Source: the human T2T-CHM13v2.0 reference genome, Homo sapiens. From it: a DNA stretch of 64,000 bases. The DNA lies in NCBI RefSeq assembly GCF_009914755.1, contig NC_060936.1. One strand, 5' to 3'. Shown here piece by piece: positions 26,122 to 40,483 of the stretch; the first letter of the stretch is position 1, and every line of letters starts with the position of its first letter. A program made the position numbers and the translations under genes. Under the pieces are notes generated by a model, which saw only the letters and a list, made by a program, of their open reading frames with translations, made no database searches and was not told where the DNA came from.

Positions 26122-26228
26122 TTTTAGAAACAGAGTTTCACTTTGTTGCCCAGGCTAGAGTGCGGTGGTGTGATCGTAGCTCACTGGAGCCTGGAACTCC
26201 TGGGTTCAAGTGATCCTCCTGCTGCAGC
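26122..26228 (-). mobile_element. Alu monomer fragment (AluJ/FLAM-like)
   Basis: GATCGTAGCTCACTGGAGCCTGGAACTCCTGGGTTCAAGTGATCCTCCTGC. Confidence 0.8.
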
Positions 26229-27644
26229 AGTAATGTAGAGTTTGAGCAGCATAACTCAGAAGAATAGAGTTTCTGGACTTTGAGAGTTGTGGATATTTTC
26301 AAGAGTATAGCTTTCCGTTGGGTCTGGAAACCTATATATGGTATAGGCATAAAAGGCATTGATTTTCCTTCTCTGGTGTCCTAGCCCTGCACATTCTCCC
26401 GTTTGGGCTCATCCGTTTAGTAAATGAAGACGGCATTGGCATGACTAGACTTACTCCAGTAGTAATTATTCTGAGAACTTCCTTCACGGTGCCCACCTTG
26501 GCTGGGGTCGTAGGAAAAACAGCCAAAATCTAAGTCATATTTACATATGCTGCAAGAGGCTTTAGTTTGTCCTCTTGCAATCTTGAATTTTGTAATATTT
26601 GAAAAAAATTAAGTTGCACAAATGATGCTGATCTGATCACCCAATGTATGCCCGACTATGTACTGTGGTTCCAGTGATGGAGAAAAAAGAGGTCTTTTTC
26701 AACGTGACCTATCAGAACTGAATCTTAAATCTTAAATTCTGGTAGAATTTTTCTGAAGGTAGTGGATCTGAAAGTACCTTCAGACATATCTCTCTTCGTC
26801 ACTTTGGTGGCACAGATGAAGACCTTGGGGTCATCCTAGAATTCTCTCTCCTTCCATATTCACTCCATCAATAAATCCTGCCAGTGCTAATCCAAGATCC
26901 AATTACCGCTTCCCCTCCACTGCTACTCCTGGTCCAAGTGCCCACAATCTCTAACCTGGACCCCTGCCGTATCCTCATCACTGGTTTATTTCTGCCTTTA
27001 CCCCCAACAGTCTACGGACAATATACCAACCAGAGTGATTCTGTTAAATTCTCTAATGCCTCTCTTCTCACTCAGAGAAAGATCCAAAGTCCTATAAAAG
27101 TAAGGAGTCCTGTAAAACAAAGCCCTACAAAACTAAGAAACTAAGGAGACAGGACAACCAAATGCAATATGTGAATCTGAATTGAACCCTGGTCTAGTAT
27201 ATCCATTTATTTTGCTTTATTGCTTCCATGTATTTACCATGATCTAAAACTAGATGTTTGAACATATGTGTATTTTCTTCTTGTTCATCTTCCCTAAAAT
27301 ATGTAAATTTCATGAATGGTTCTCAAAGTCCTAAAAGGCTTATCTGTCCTTACCCTTCATTCCTCATTATCTCTGATCGCATCAGTTACCACCGCCCCAC
27401 TTGGTGAAGCCAACTCCACCACAGACATCCGGACCTACTTGCTTTTTCTTACGTATTCCAGCCACATACCTCAGGGCCTTTGTACTTCCACTCCCTGTGC
27501 CTGGGATGCTCTTCCTCTGATATCTGCATGACTCTCTCCCTCACACTGACTCGGGAGTTACCTCCTAGGTGAGGCCACACCATGCCCTAGGCACCCCCTA
27601 CCCCAACACTTCCTATTTTCCTTTCCAAGTTTTGCTTATTTTCT

Positions 27645-28527
<883 letters not shown>

Positions 28528-28732
28528 AAAGCAATGTTTATTTATTTTTATTGTTTATTATTTATCCCCTGTTTCTGACTAGAATATAAGTTTGAAATAG
28601 TAGGTTTTAATTTTTTTCCCCTGTTTTACTTACTTCTGTATTTACAGTGTCTATAATATTGGCTAACACATGCAGACACTCCAAAAATATTTGCTCTTTT
28701 GAAGGGAATGGGGGCATATCTATTATCTTTTA

Positions 28733-29024
28733 TTTATTTATTTGAGACGGAGTCTTGCTCTGTTGCCCAAGCTTGAATGCAGTGGTGCGATATCAGCTCA
28801 CTGAAACCTAAGCCTCCCAGGTTCAAGCGATTCTCCTGTCTCAGCCTCCGGAGTAGCTGGGATTACAGGCGCCTGCCATCACACCCAGCCAATTTTTGTA
28901 TTTTCAGTAGAGTCAGGGTTTCACAATGTTGGCCAGGCTGGTCTTGAACTCCTGACCCCAAGTGATCCGCATGCCTCGGTCTCCCAAAGTGCTGGGATTA
29001 CAGGTGTGAGCCACCATGCCTGGC
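28733..29024 (-). mobile_element. AluSz/Sx
   Basis: Full dimer; perfect 14-bp TSD TCTATTATCTTTTA at 28719-28732 and 29025-29038. Confidence 0.95.
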
Positions 29025-29549
29025 TCTATTATCTTTTAACAAAAGAGGACTTAACTCCGAATCATCTGCCCCAGTGCCTCCACCCACTGAGGGTGATTCA
29101 GATGATTCTGAAACTGGGGGGGGAGGCACTGGGCCAAATGATTCTGGATTAAGTCCTCTTTTGAAGCTGGCCTGGTATGGTGATCTCTGTTTCCTGATGA
29201 TGTCTTGTCATCATTAAGCATTATTAAGTAGCATGAAAGGCCTCAGTTGAAATGCCCCGATCCTTCACATGATGCCTGGAGCTGTGAAGTGGAGGGAGTC
29301 TCTGCCCCTGTGTAATCTGAGATGAGCTCAGTTATGCAGAAGTGTGGGGTGTGTTTAATGCCGCCAGTACTCACAGCCTGTCGTGATGCACCTTGCTAAG
29401 AACATTGCAGGCTGTTCTACCTGGTCTTTGTAACAATTCTGTGATATGGTGAGTAAGAATATCCCTATCCCTTCTTAAAGATAATAAAACTGAGGCTGAA
29501 TGAGGGTTAGTGTCTTATCTGAGGCCACACAGACACTTTCTGGCTCAAT

Positions 29550-30700
29550 TGCATTAACCTGGAATGTAACTGTGCATGTCAGTACTCCTGTGATTACAAA
29601 TGATAGAAAACCTGACTCTTAGTGGCTTATAAATAAAGATAATGATAGGTCACAGGCTAAAATGTCCAGGCACCCAAAGGAGGTGAAAATGTATGCCCAC
29701 AGCACAACCTGCACATGGATGTTGACAGCAGCTTTATTCATAATTGACAAAACTTGGATGCAACCAAGATGCCCTTTGATGAATGAATGATAACTAAACT
29801 GTGACCTATCCAGACAATGGAATATTACTGAGTGCTAAAAATAAATGAGTTATAAAGTCATGAAAAGAACATGGAGGTTCCTTCAGTGCATATTGCTAAG
29901 TGAAAGAAGCAAGTCTGAAAAGGCTGCATACGGTATGATTCCAACTCTAGGACATTCTGCAAAAGGCAAAGCTATGGAGACAGGAAGAAAATCACTGGTT
30001 GCCAGGGGTCAGTGAAACTATTCTGTATGGTCCACATGTCCTGGTACATTTGACAAAACCTGTAGGATGAACAATGTGAAAGAACCTGAATATAAACCAT
30101 GAGCTTTGGGTGATGATAATGTGACCATGTGTGTTCATTGACTGCAACAAGTGCACCGCTATGGCATGGCTTGTCAACAGTAGGGAGGCGGAGTGAATTG
30201 GGGAGCATAAGATGTATATGGGAAATCTCTGTATCTTCTCAATTTTGCTGTGGACCTAAAGCTGTCCTAAAAAATAAAGTCTATATTAAAACAAATAAAC
30301 AGACAAAAACCGAGCATAACCAGATCCAGGGTCTTAAATGTTGACATCTAAGCCAACTCTTCCGCCGTCTCTTGACTCTGCCTCCTTCTGGGTTGGGTTT
30401 ATTTTCAAGCATACCCCATTCATGGACCAACTTCTAGAATTCCAGGCTCTCAACCCTATAGCTTTAAATCCTAGAAGAGGCATGGGCTCTTCTACAATTC
30501 CTAAAAGATTCTTTTAACATCCTGCACATGAAGCTTTTCCACCATGGGGTCCCATGCCCATCTCTGCCTAGGCAGATGCAATGCTCTGGTCGGCTGAGTA
30601 GAAGCCATAGGCTCTCTTCTGTACCTGGAGAGGGGGGTCAGCCCCACCCATACCATGTGGACTGAGAGCAGAGCTGTCATTAGAAGTATGTGGCAACCAA
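29550..30700 (-). mobile_element. Old MLT1 (K/L-like) LTR split by an L1MC
   Basis: GATTACAAATGATAGAAAACCTGACTC start; resumes GATCCAGGGTCTTAAATG...GGGTCCCATGCCCATCTCTG. Confidence 0.55.
29670..30310 (+). mobile_element. L1MC1-like 3' end
   Basis: CTAAGTGAAAGAAGCAAGTCTGAAAAGGCTGCATAC...ATATGGGAAATCTCTGTATCTTCTCAATTTTGCTGTGGACCTAAAGCTG. Confidence 0.85.
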
Positions 30701-32129
30701 CACATGCACCCTGCAGTAACTGATGTGCCTAGTGCCACAGTTTCACAATACATATATATACTTCAAGTGTAGAGTAGATTCACTCCTAGTGCCTGGATCC
30801 AGGCTGAAAGCCTTTGTCTCTGGGTGCTCAGGGACTGTTTGCTGAATATGAATGGGTCTAACCAGAGAGACTCTTGAGAGTTCTGTGGGAAGATTACAGG
30901 GGTGATATTTTATATGACTCTGGACAGATGCCTTGGAAGGAAAGTATCTCAATGATGCTGTCCATTGGAGGTTGTGCTTGCAATTAAAAATATGGTCTAT
31001 GGTCTAAATGACTCATTTGCAATTTTTAAGCAATTTCTAAAATGTGATCTTTGAAAGAAAATAAAAGGCTTTAGTGGAAAGTCTGTTGCCAAGTTCTCTA
31101 CCACATCATTTTGAATTCTCAAGAAGCAATGTATTTTAATTAACCCCGTGGTAGGGAGACAGCCTTTTCGCCATGGCATAGGAAAGTGTCCTGGTCAGAT
31201 GGCTGGGAAAATAATTAGGAGGACAATAAATATAAATTTAATTTAAATGAGGCTATTAAGAGCTGAGACTTGGCATTTCACTATTTAGCATTATTAGGTC
31301 TGCATGTAACAAACCATTGCACTAAAAAAAAATGAAGATAGACCATCTAGTGTAATTTAAAACATCCCATTTACTCTATGTGTAGTTTGCAACTCTCCTC
31401 ATAAGTCTGTTAAGCATAATGGCCATTCTTGGCTGGTGGTGTTTAATCACATTTTGAATGTGGTTCTCAGCATGTATTAGAAATAAATGGCCTGACTTTT
31501 CAACAGAGAAGTGACTGAGATTAGGCCATCTGCATGCAATGTCTTTTTATCCTGTAAGTAAAAAACCACCCTGGCTTATCTTGGGGTGGGGGAGCTCAGA
31601 GGGCACCAGTCAGGGTTCAGATGAGTTGAGATGGATTCTAGTTGGTAAGACTTAATTTCCTTAGGACAGAGAGGAGTCCTGGGAGGCGGCTCATCATTGC
31701 TGAAGATCAAGGCTTGGAGGAGCTACTGGACTTGGAGGTGCAGTCCCGATGCCTGGAGTCCATTCTTGCTGTTCTTGCTGAGAAGATGTTAGAGCACCAC
31801 AGGCTTGTTGGCCAAGGTCCTGGAAAGGTGAATGCTGCCATTTGCTTTAAGCTCCCCAAACTATATTGTTAATATATGGAGGCTTTCACATGTACCTCTT
31901 CCTTTTCTGGCTACTTTGGGTTAAGATTCTTTATAGTCTGTATGAGTAAAGGCAAATAAATCTATCAAGGCTTGAATTAGGTCATTTAGCTCCTATATGT
32001 TTTATTTTTATTTGTCCACCCTCATGAGAACCAACAACAGAAAAAGAGTGAGATGGGAGCAGAATGGCTGGCTACCCAAAGAGATGGGAAGTCAAACTTA
32101 CCTCATCCTGCAGTTCGGAAATGTCTTTA

Positions 32130-32259
32130 TTTATTTAGAGATGGGGGTCTTGCTCTGTCTCCCAAGCTGGAGTGCAGTGGCACAATCATAGCTCATTTAG
32201 CTCACTGCAGCCTTGAACTCCTGGGCTCAAGCAATCCTCCCACCTCAGCTTCTCGACTA
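32130..32259 (-). mobile_element. 5'-truncated AluJ (right arm)
   Basis: AluJ diagnostics; TSD core AAATGTCTTTA at 32119-32129 and 32263-32273; internal 9-bp duplication TAGCTCATT/TAGCTCACT. Confidence 0.85.
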
Positions 32260-33137
32260 GGAAAATGTCTTTAATGATGACTCTGTGACTCAGGTCAATT
32301 GAACAGATGAACAGAATGGTCTGGGATGGAATTTAAGGCCAGGGTATTCTGGGTTGCCTTAGGGAGATTTATTAATTTTTTCTTCCTTTTAGTTTGAACC
32401 CAGGAAACATAGATTAGTTTGGTGATGCCTGAAGTATCACTCTGTCCAAAAGTGATACCTGAGTATCACTATGCCCAAAAGAGGACAATGGTACTTTTGA
32501 AATTTTAAAGCAAAGATGCAACAGTTTTCATCTACTCTTGATCGTTAGGAGTCTGAAGACCTGAGGATGGTTCCATCAGAGGGAAAGAAAGCAAATCACG
32601 TAGCCCTGTAAGTTACTGTGTATGGATGGAGGTTATGTCCACTGTGTGTTAACCACCCTCCTTTTGAAGGGTGAGATAAATTGACTAGCTAATCATCTAC
32701 AGGTATGCAGAATCTCTAGTTTCTCGGCAGGGTCAGAAAAGCAAGCCTCAAACTGATTATGGTTCTAGCACAGAGGCAACGTCGAAAAGTAGAAGTAACA
32801 AAGTTTTGAAGTCAGAATTACCTTGAATCCTGGTTCAATTTCTTATTAATTGTGATAACTTGGGCAACTCACTTAACTTTTCCAAGCCTATTTCCTCATG
32901 TGTCATTTGACAGTCATAAAGCTCCCTCAGAGGGTAATTTTGACATGTAAATGAAAAAGGTATGTGGTCCAGGTACTTGGAAGATACTCAGGTGGATGCA
33001 ATTTAAAGCACTAAGTCTCAGAACCGTGGTCAGAGTAGTAAACCACACCTGACTGGGAAAGCCTGCACTGCTCAGTTCTGTAGCTACTTAAGTGCTTGAA
33101 GTGTATCTTGCTTTTAATATATGCTAATGGTCAATAA

Positions 33138-33764
<627 letters not shown>

Positions 33765-33977
33765 TGTTTCCATTTTTTCAAACCCTGAGGTCACATCTCA
33801 AATTTTACACCCTCTGAGAAGCTCTCCTTTACACCCATCTCTACAGAATCCTCTCATTTCACACTATCCCTCTTTTCCTTTATCTTAGCATTATCTCTGC
33901 AACATTCCAAACACACTAGTTTATGCTGAGGTGTCAAACAAGCTTACAACCTCAGTGACTATAAGGGGGGACTGTAA

Positions 33978-34757
<780 letters not shown>

Positions 34758-35942
34758 CACTCTCGCCTGGCTCACTGCTGCACACCCAGTGCTGAGAACG
34801 GAGCCTGGTATGCAGCAGTGGCTCAGGATTGAGCACTGGTGTGTGTCTGCCCACGGTGCATGCATATGCGGACTGGCATGGCTCATTGTGTGTCTTTATT
34901 GTGTTGTTTCCTCACAGGTGCAGGGCCTGGACATTCTGAGACCCTCCTAACTTCAAATGCTTTTGTTTCCTTAATGAGGTGGCACCTAATAGAACACATA
35001 TCCTGATTCTGTATTCAAAGAGTGTGTTCTCCACACTCTAATCACCCTCATTAAGGAGAACCAGTCAACCTAGATCAGAGAGAGGACGTGTTTTTGCTCT
35101 GGGATTCAACGGGGTTTTCGGTCACTGGCTCCAAGGGCTCTGACCTTGAATGTTCAGAGCTGGAGTAGAAATTGACTCTTTGTTGAAATATTGGACTGAC
35201 AGCAAAGCAGGCTGTGTTTGCTCCCAGGGCACTCCTGACCCTCCCCTGTGGCAGCAAGGGGCAGGAAGGTGGGAGCATGTTCATGATGGCAAAAATCCAT
35301 CTCCCCAGTTGCCATCAGACACCCCCTGGCCCCTCATGAGTGCAGTGTGGGTAGAGTCAGGCCAGCTCAGTCATCAGAAGGGACATCACCTTTTGTTCCG
35401 GGGCCCATGAGTTGTTTTCATCCTCCAGACACCAGGTCCTGGAATCCTGATTATGCCTGGAAATGCTCTAAAGATGGTGCTCTCCATCTTTACTAGCCCT
35501 GTTGATGTGTCCCCAACACTGTATGAACTGGCTTCACCCCTCCTGGAACCCAGAGAAAGAACTCCTCAAGTAATAAGCATGGAGGTCTTTCCTTACCTTG
35601 AGTTGCTCCTTATCATGAGGGTTTTTTTTTCCTTTTTTCTTTTTTTTTTTATCTCATAACTGGACCCATGAGCAAGTCTTAAGGGGCAAAAGAGAAACCT
35701 ACCACTTTTTAATCATAATTTGCCATCACTTCCTACATGCATCTCACTCATAATTACCCAGAGCAAATTAATTGTTTCTAATCAAATTATTGCAGGTGGG
35801 AATGGGGCACAATTGCACACATAATATTTCAGGATTGCTTGAATGGATATGATGCATGAAAGAGAAGTTAGAGAAGTTACATCTGCATAATTATTTCTAC
35901 TGTATGGTTAGATCTAATTACTTTAGAGTAATTATCCTAGAC

Positions 35943-36153
35943 CAGTGGACTCGAACTGAGGGCATTTTGTCCCCAAAGGAACACGGGCAAATGTCTGAAA
36001 ACATTTTTGGTTGTCCCACTGGGGCATTGCTGGTATGTTGTGAGTAGAGGCCAGGAAAGCTGCTAAGCATCTTACAATGCATAAGACAGCTGCCCTTACA
36101 AAAAATAATCATCTGGTCTAAAATGTGACTAGTGCCCAAACTGAGAAACCCTG
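35943..36153 (+). mobile_element. MER20 hAT-Charlie element
   Basis: CAGTGG...AATGTCTGAAAACATTTTTGGTTGTC...TGAGAAACCCTG; 8-bp TSD TCCTAGAC/TCCTAGAA. Confidence 0.88.
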
Positions 36154-37549
36154 TCCTAGAAGAAAGAGCTTTTGTAATTAACAAAATGAACCAAGTAGGA
36201 GCTATAACCAAAGAATTTTCATTGGCTGGAGACAGAGTGTTTCATTTCTTCTGAAGGAGAGCTCCCCACTTAAGGATGTTTACACATTTCATATTTACAA
36301 GAGCCAGGAAATCCTTTCTATTGAATTTCTGCCCAGTTGAAAAGTCTTACAGGGACCCCAGAATTACAAGCATTTGAATTTAATTGAGTCTGAAATGGGA
36401 TTCAGTATGCCATTCCACTTGGAGGTAATCATAATTCCCTCAATAAATTCTCAAGCTTTCTGGGGCTGGAGGCAGTATTTAAACTTGTCTTTATAGCCCA
36501 GTGTCTTTGCACTTAGAGGATGTTCAGGACATGTACTTTGAACTACAGTTTTTGAATATCTCACTTGTGTTTTTTCTTCTGAACAGAAAGCATAAGTATG
36601 TATGTTTGTATATACGTTTCTAGGTGTGTGTGCATGTGTATACATTTTCTTTCAGATGGACATTTAATTTCCTTCTTTGCTCTAGTGGCATTTAAATAAT
36701 CACTGATAATTACTAGTGCTTCTAAAGTGCTATAGGCTCTAATTTTCCTGGACAAAGTCGGTGACCCTTGTCACTTGTGGTACCCCATGAAAAGGTCATC
36801 TTCACTCTCCTTTTCAGTGCTGAGTCAGTTGTAACAAGAACTGCTTTTGAAACATTACCATTTCATGGCCCTCCTTGCCGGTGGACATTAATTCTAAGTC
36901 ATTTTATCTTGGCTGTGATGCTTTTTTAAAATATAGTAATCTTAAATGGGTTGCTCCTGGTTTTGATATTAACAAATATTTATTGGGCATTAATTGCCTG
37001 AGAATACTGTGAAGGGTTCCCCCAATAAATCAGATCCAACCTTTGTCTCCAAGAAGTTAAAGAGTCTCAATAGACTTTCAGATCTCATTGTAGACCAAAC
37101 CTTACACACTAGAGTAAGTTGACTCAAGGATGACTGGGTTTTGCATCTTTCCCGTATGTTGGTGCTCAGCACTCTGTGAGTGCTTAATAAATGCCCAGGA
37201 GAAGACTTTTGCATCAGATGCATGATACCAATTAAATGCAGCAGCCAAACCTCAAGCTTGGCCTCTTGAGGTTCCAATGTAGCCTGGCTTTGCTGTTGTA
37301 CAATTCTCTTGGACAAAGGAAATCTCTGTTTCTGTTAAGAGGGCAGTGGGATCGGTAGAGATAAACTTGGCTACAAAGATCCTAAATGCAAGTGGGAAAT
37401 GTGGGACAGTGACTGATAAACAAGAGGATCAAGTCATGGGCACAAAAGTAGGCAGAAGAAGTTCATAGGAAAGAACTGGAAATTAGGGCTGCCAGGAAGA
37501 AGAAGGAATCACATGTGGAAGTGACTTTGTGCTGTTGCTCACAGCCAAG

Positions 37550-38765
37550 CCATTCATTCATTCATTCTTCATTCATTCATTCATTCATCCATTTGTTTGT
37601 TTATTCGCTCACGGTATGTATGTGGAGTTGCTACTATGTGCCAATTACTCTTGGAGAAACAGCAGCAAACAAGCAAAATCCCTGACATCAAAAAAGTTTC
37701 CTCACAGTGGGGAGGCACAAAATAAAAATAAGTTAAATATTTAGTGTGTTAGATGTTGCTAAGTTCTCTGGGAAAAAAATAAAGCAAGGAGAGAGGGTAA
37801 GGAGTGCCAGCCTGGATGAGTGGGTTTTAGGAGAAGCTGTCAATCAAAACCTCACTTAGGAGGGGCCACATGAATGAAGACCTGAAGGAGAGGAGGCAGC
37901 AATGGGGGGTGGGTATCCACTATGGTTTGTTTGTTGAAATTTGATTCGCAGTGTTGGAAGTAGAGCCTGGTGGGAAGTGTTGGGATCCTGGGGACAGATC
38001 CCTTATGAATGGCCTGGTGTCATTCTTGCAGGAGTAAGTGGGTTCACACTTTTAGTTCTTGTAGGAGCTTGTTGAAAAGTCCCTGGCACCTCCTTCTCTC
38101 TCTCTTGCTTCTCTCTCTTGCCATGTGATCTGCATACATTGGCTCCCCTTACCTTCCACCAGAAGTAGAAGCAGCCTGAGGCTCTCACAGAAGCAGATGC
38201 TGGCGCCATGCTTCTCATACAGCCTGCAAAACTGTGAGCCAAATAAACCTTTCTTCTTCACAAATGATCCAGCCTCAGGTATTCCTTTGCAGCAACACAG
38301 ATTAAGACAGTGTCATGAGGGAGGAGTGGTCCTGGCAGGGGCTGTGCCAGTGCAAAGACGTGAAGCAAAATCCTGCTTGGTGCTGCAGGAACAGCAAGAG
38401 GGGCAGAGCCGCTGGAGCAGAGTGAGCCAGGGAAGGTTAGCAGATGATCGTGAACAGACAGTGGGCAGGGCAGGCAAGGGTACTCAGATTGCCAAGACTT
38501 TATACGTTCAATAAGGACTTTCAGTTTTTTGTGAATGAGATGACTACATCAAAGATTTTGAATAGAGAGTAACATTATAGGACTTATATTTTAACAGCAT
38601 CACTAGACTGCTGCCTGGAGATAGGATGATGGGGTAGAGTTGGGGCAAAAGGAGACTTTTGTCTCCACAGGGAGACCACTGTGGGAGATTTTGCAGCAGC
38701 CTGGGTCAGAGATGAAGCTGACTTGTGCCAAGGTTGAAGATATAGATGCGATGAAAAGTACTAAG
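37550..38765 (-). mobile_element. L2 split by an MST LTR
   Basis: (CATT)n tail at 37551-37590, CTACTATGTGCCA; resumes after 38310. Confidence 0.75.
37918..38309 (+). mobile_element. MSTB-like solo LTR
   Basis: CTATGGTTTG...CAGAAGCAGATGCTGGCGCCATGCTT...GAGCCAAATAAACCT...CTCAGGTATTCCTTT; 5-bp TSD GTATC/GTGTC. Confidence 0.9.
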
Positions 38766-39659
38766 CTTTTTAAGAACCAGGTTTATTAAGATGTAAGCCA
38801 TATACCATGCAATTCACCCATTTAAACTTCTATGGCCTCTGTGGCTATCAAAATCTCCTCCAACAAAATCAGGCTAACGAGGAACGAGGAAAGTGTCTTG
38901 TTAGTACCTAAAATAGCTGGTGGCCTTAATTACGGTCTGAAGAAGCTGGCCACGCTGGGTGCTGGTTTGTTGTGGTATATCTCTTAGTTCACCTTGAAAA
39001 TTAGCTCTGAAAGGATTTGAAGAAACTAGTCACAGAATGATAAGTGTTGTTTGGTTTTGATGTTTTTGCTTGTTTTGTGTTATCTTTTGTATCAACTGTT
39101 TTAGCTGCTTCCAAATCGCATAAACTACGGAAGGTTGTCCTCGGTCAGTAAGTGTTAGCTAATTTCCCTGCTTCTTTCAGAAAGACCCCTGTTCTCAGAG
39201 GAAGATAATCCATATTCACACTTGGTTATAAGTATTTTATATGCATCTATTTCTTGTAAATCAAGAACCAAAAAGATCAGTAGTTGAACGACCTTTTTGC
39301 CTTTACACAATGCTTTTTATTTGGAAGGGTACAGTGTACACATTAATTCACTGAGGTAACACTGTTCTGAATCAACCCACTACTAGGATTCTTTAAAATA
39401 TGAAAAAGATTTGCAGATTACCCACCTACAGAATTAAATGCAAAACAAATAAAATACTGGATGGTTATTATATTAGTCAGTGTCTTACCAGGACACCCAA
39501 ACTCCTTTTGTATTTAGAAGACAGCAATGTAGTAAATGGGCTGTACACAGGTGCTATGACCACTCTAGGCATTGAGGCTCCCTGAGTTTCAGCAGTAAGA
39601 GGAGGCTGTTTCCACTTCTAGGTTAAAAGGACAAAGGGAGGATGTGGCTCTTTCTTTCC

Positions 39660-39910
39660 TTCTACCTACTGTCCTCAGCACTTTTCTTCTGATCTCAGGC
39701 TTGCTGCCTTGGGCTGCAAGGTGGAGGTCACCAATTCAGGCACTGTGTTCTCACACAGGTATGCTTAGAAACAGAAGGGTGCGGTGGTGATCTCTAGAGG
39801 GTGTGTCTCATGCCGGAGTGGACTGCCTGGAAACTCCCCGGGGCCTTGCCCTGATGTCCCATTGGCCAGACTGGGTCCATGCTCACCCTTTCCTGCCAGC
39901 CTCTTCTTAT
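39660..39910 (-). mobile_element. Old MLT1 (J-like) fragment
   Basis: GATGTCCCATTGGCCAGACTGGGTCCATGCTCACCC motif. Confidence 0.5.
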
Positions 39911-40029
39911 CCCTTCCAACGTCCCAGGTGCCCGAGAGGCTGCTAAGTGAACACTTGGCATTTTCTACCTAACTGGGTATAGAAAGCCTTTTGTGAATGT
40001 ACATTTTGATAAACTTCTATAACCTTAAT

Positions 40030-40257
40030 CAGTAATCCTCAATGGAGTGATTCTGTCTCCACCTTCAGGGCATATTTAGCAATGTCTGGAGACATCCTAG
40101 TTATCCTCAAATCCTCAACTGAGGGCAGGGGTATTGCTATTGGCATCTAGTGAGTAGAGAACAGGCCATGTAAATATCCTACAATGCGTGGGACAACCTC
40201 CACCCCAGAGACTTATCTGACCCCAAATGTCAATAGCACAAAAGTGGAGAAATCCTG
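40030..40257 (+). mobile_element. MER20
   Basis: GCAATGTCTGGAGACAT...TGGCATCTAGTGAGTAGAG...CCCCAAATGTCAATAG...GAGAAATCCTG. Confidence 0.85.
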
Positions 40258-40272
40258 CTCCAAGGAATTTCA

Positions 40273-40273
40273 T

Positions 40274-40312
<39 letters not shown>

Positions 40313-40483
40313 TTATTATTATACTTTAAGTTTTAGGGTACATGTGCACAATGTGCAGGTTAGTTACATATGTATACATATGTAACTAACCTGCACATTG
40401 TGCACATGTACCCTAAAACTTATAAATCATGCTGCTATAAAGACACATGCACACATATGTTTATTGTGGCATTATTCACAATA
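40273..40483 (-). mobile_element. Very short young L1 (L1PA2/3-like) insertion with fold-back duplication and inverted segment
   Basis: (ATTT)n/(TAT)n tail; L1 3' end ACTTTAAGTTTTAGGGTACATGTGCACAATGTGCAGGTTAGTTACATATG; perfect 16-bp TSD GCTCCAAGGAATTTCA at 40257-40272 and 40484-40499. Confidence 0.93.

Noticed and set aside
26752-26784. 10-bp inverted repeat TCTGAAGGTA/TACCTTCAGA with 13-nt spacer
   Set aside because: Short enough to occur by chance in 64 kb; no supporting context
32422-32480. CRISPR-like palindromic ~30-bp repeat
   Set aside because: Only two adjacent copies, no spacers, no cas genes, primate DNA
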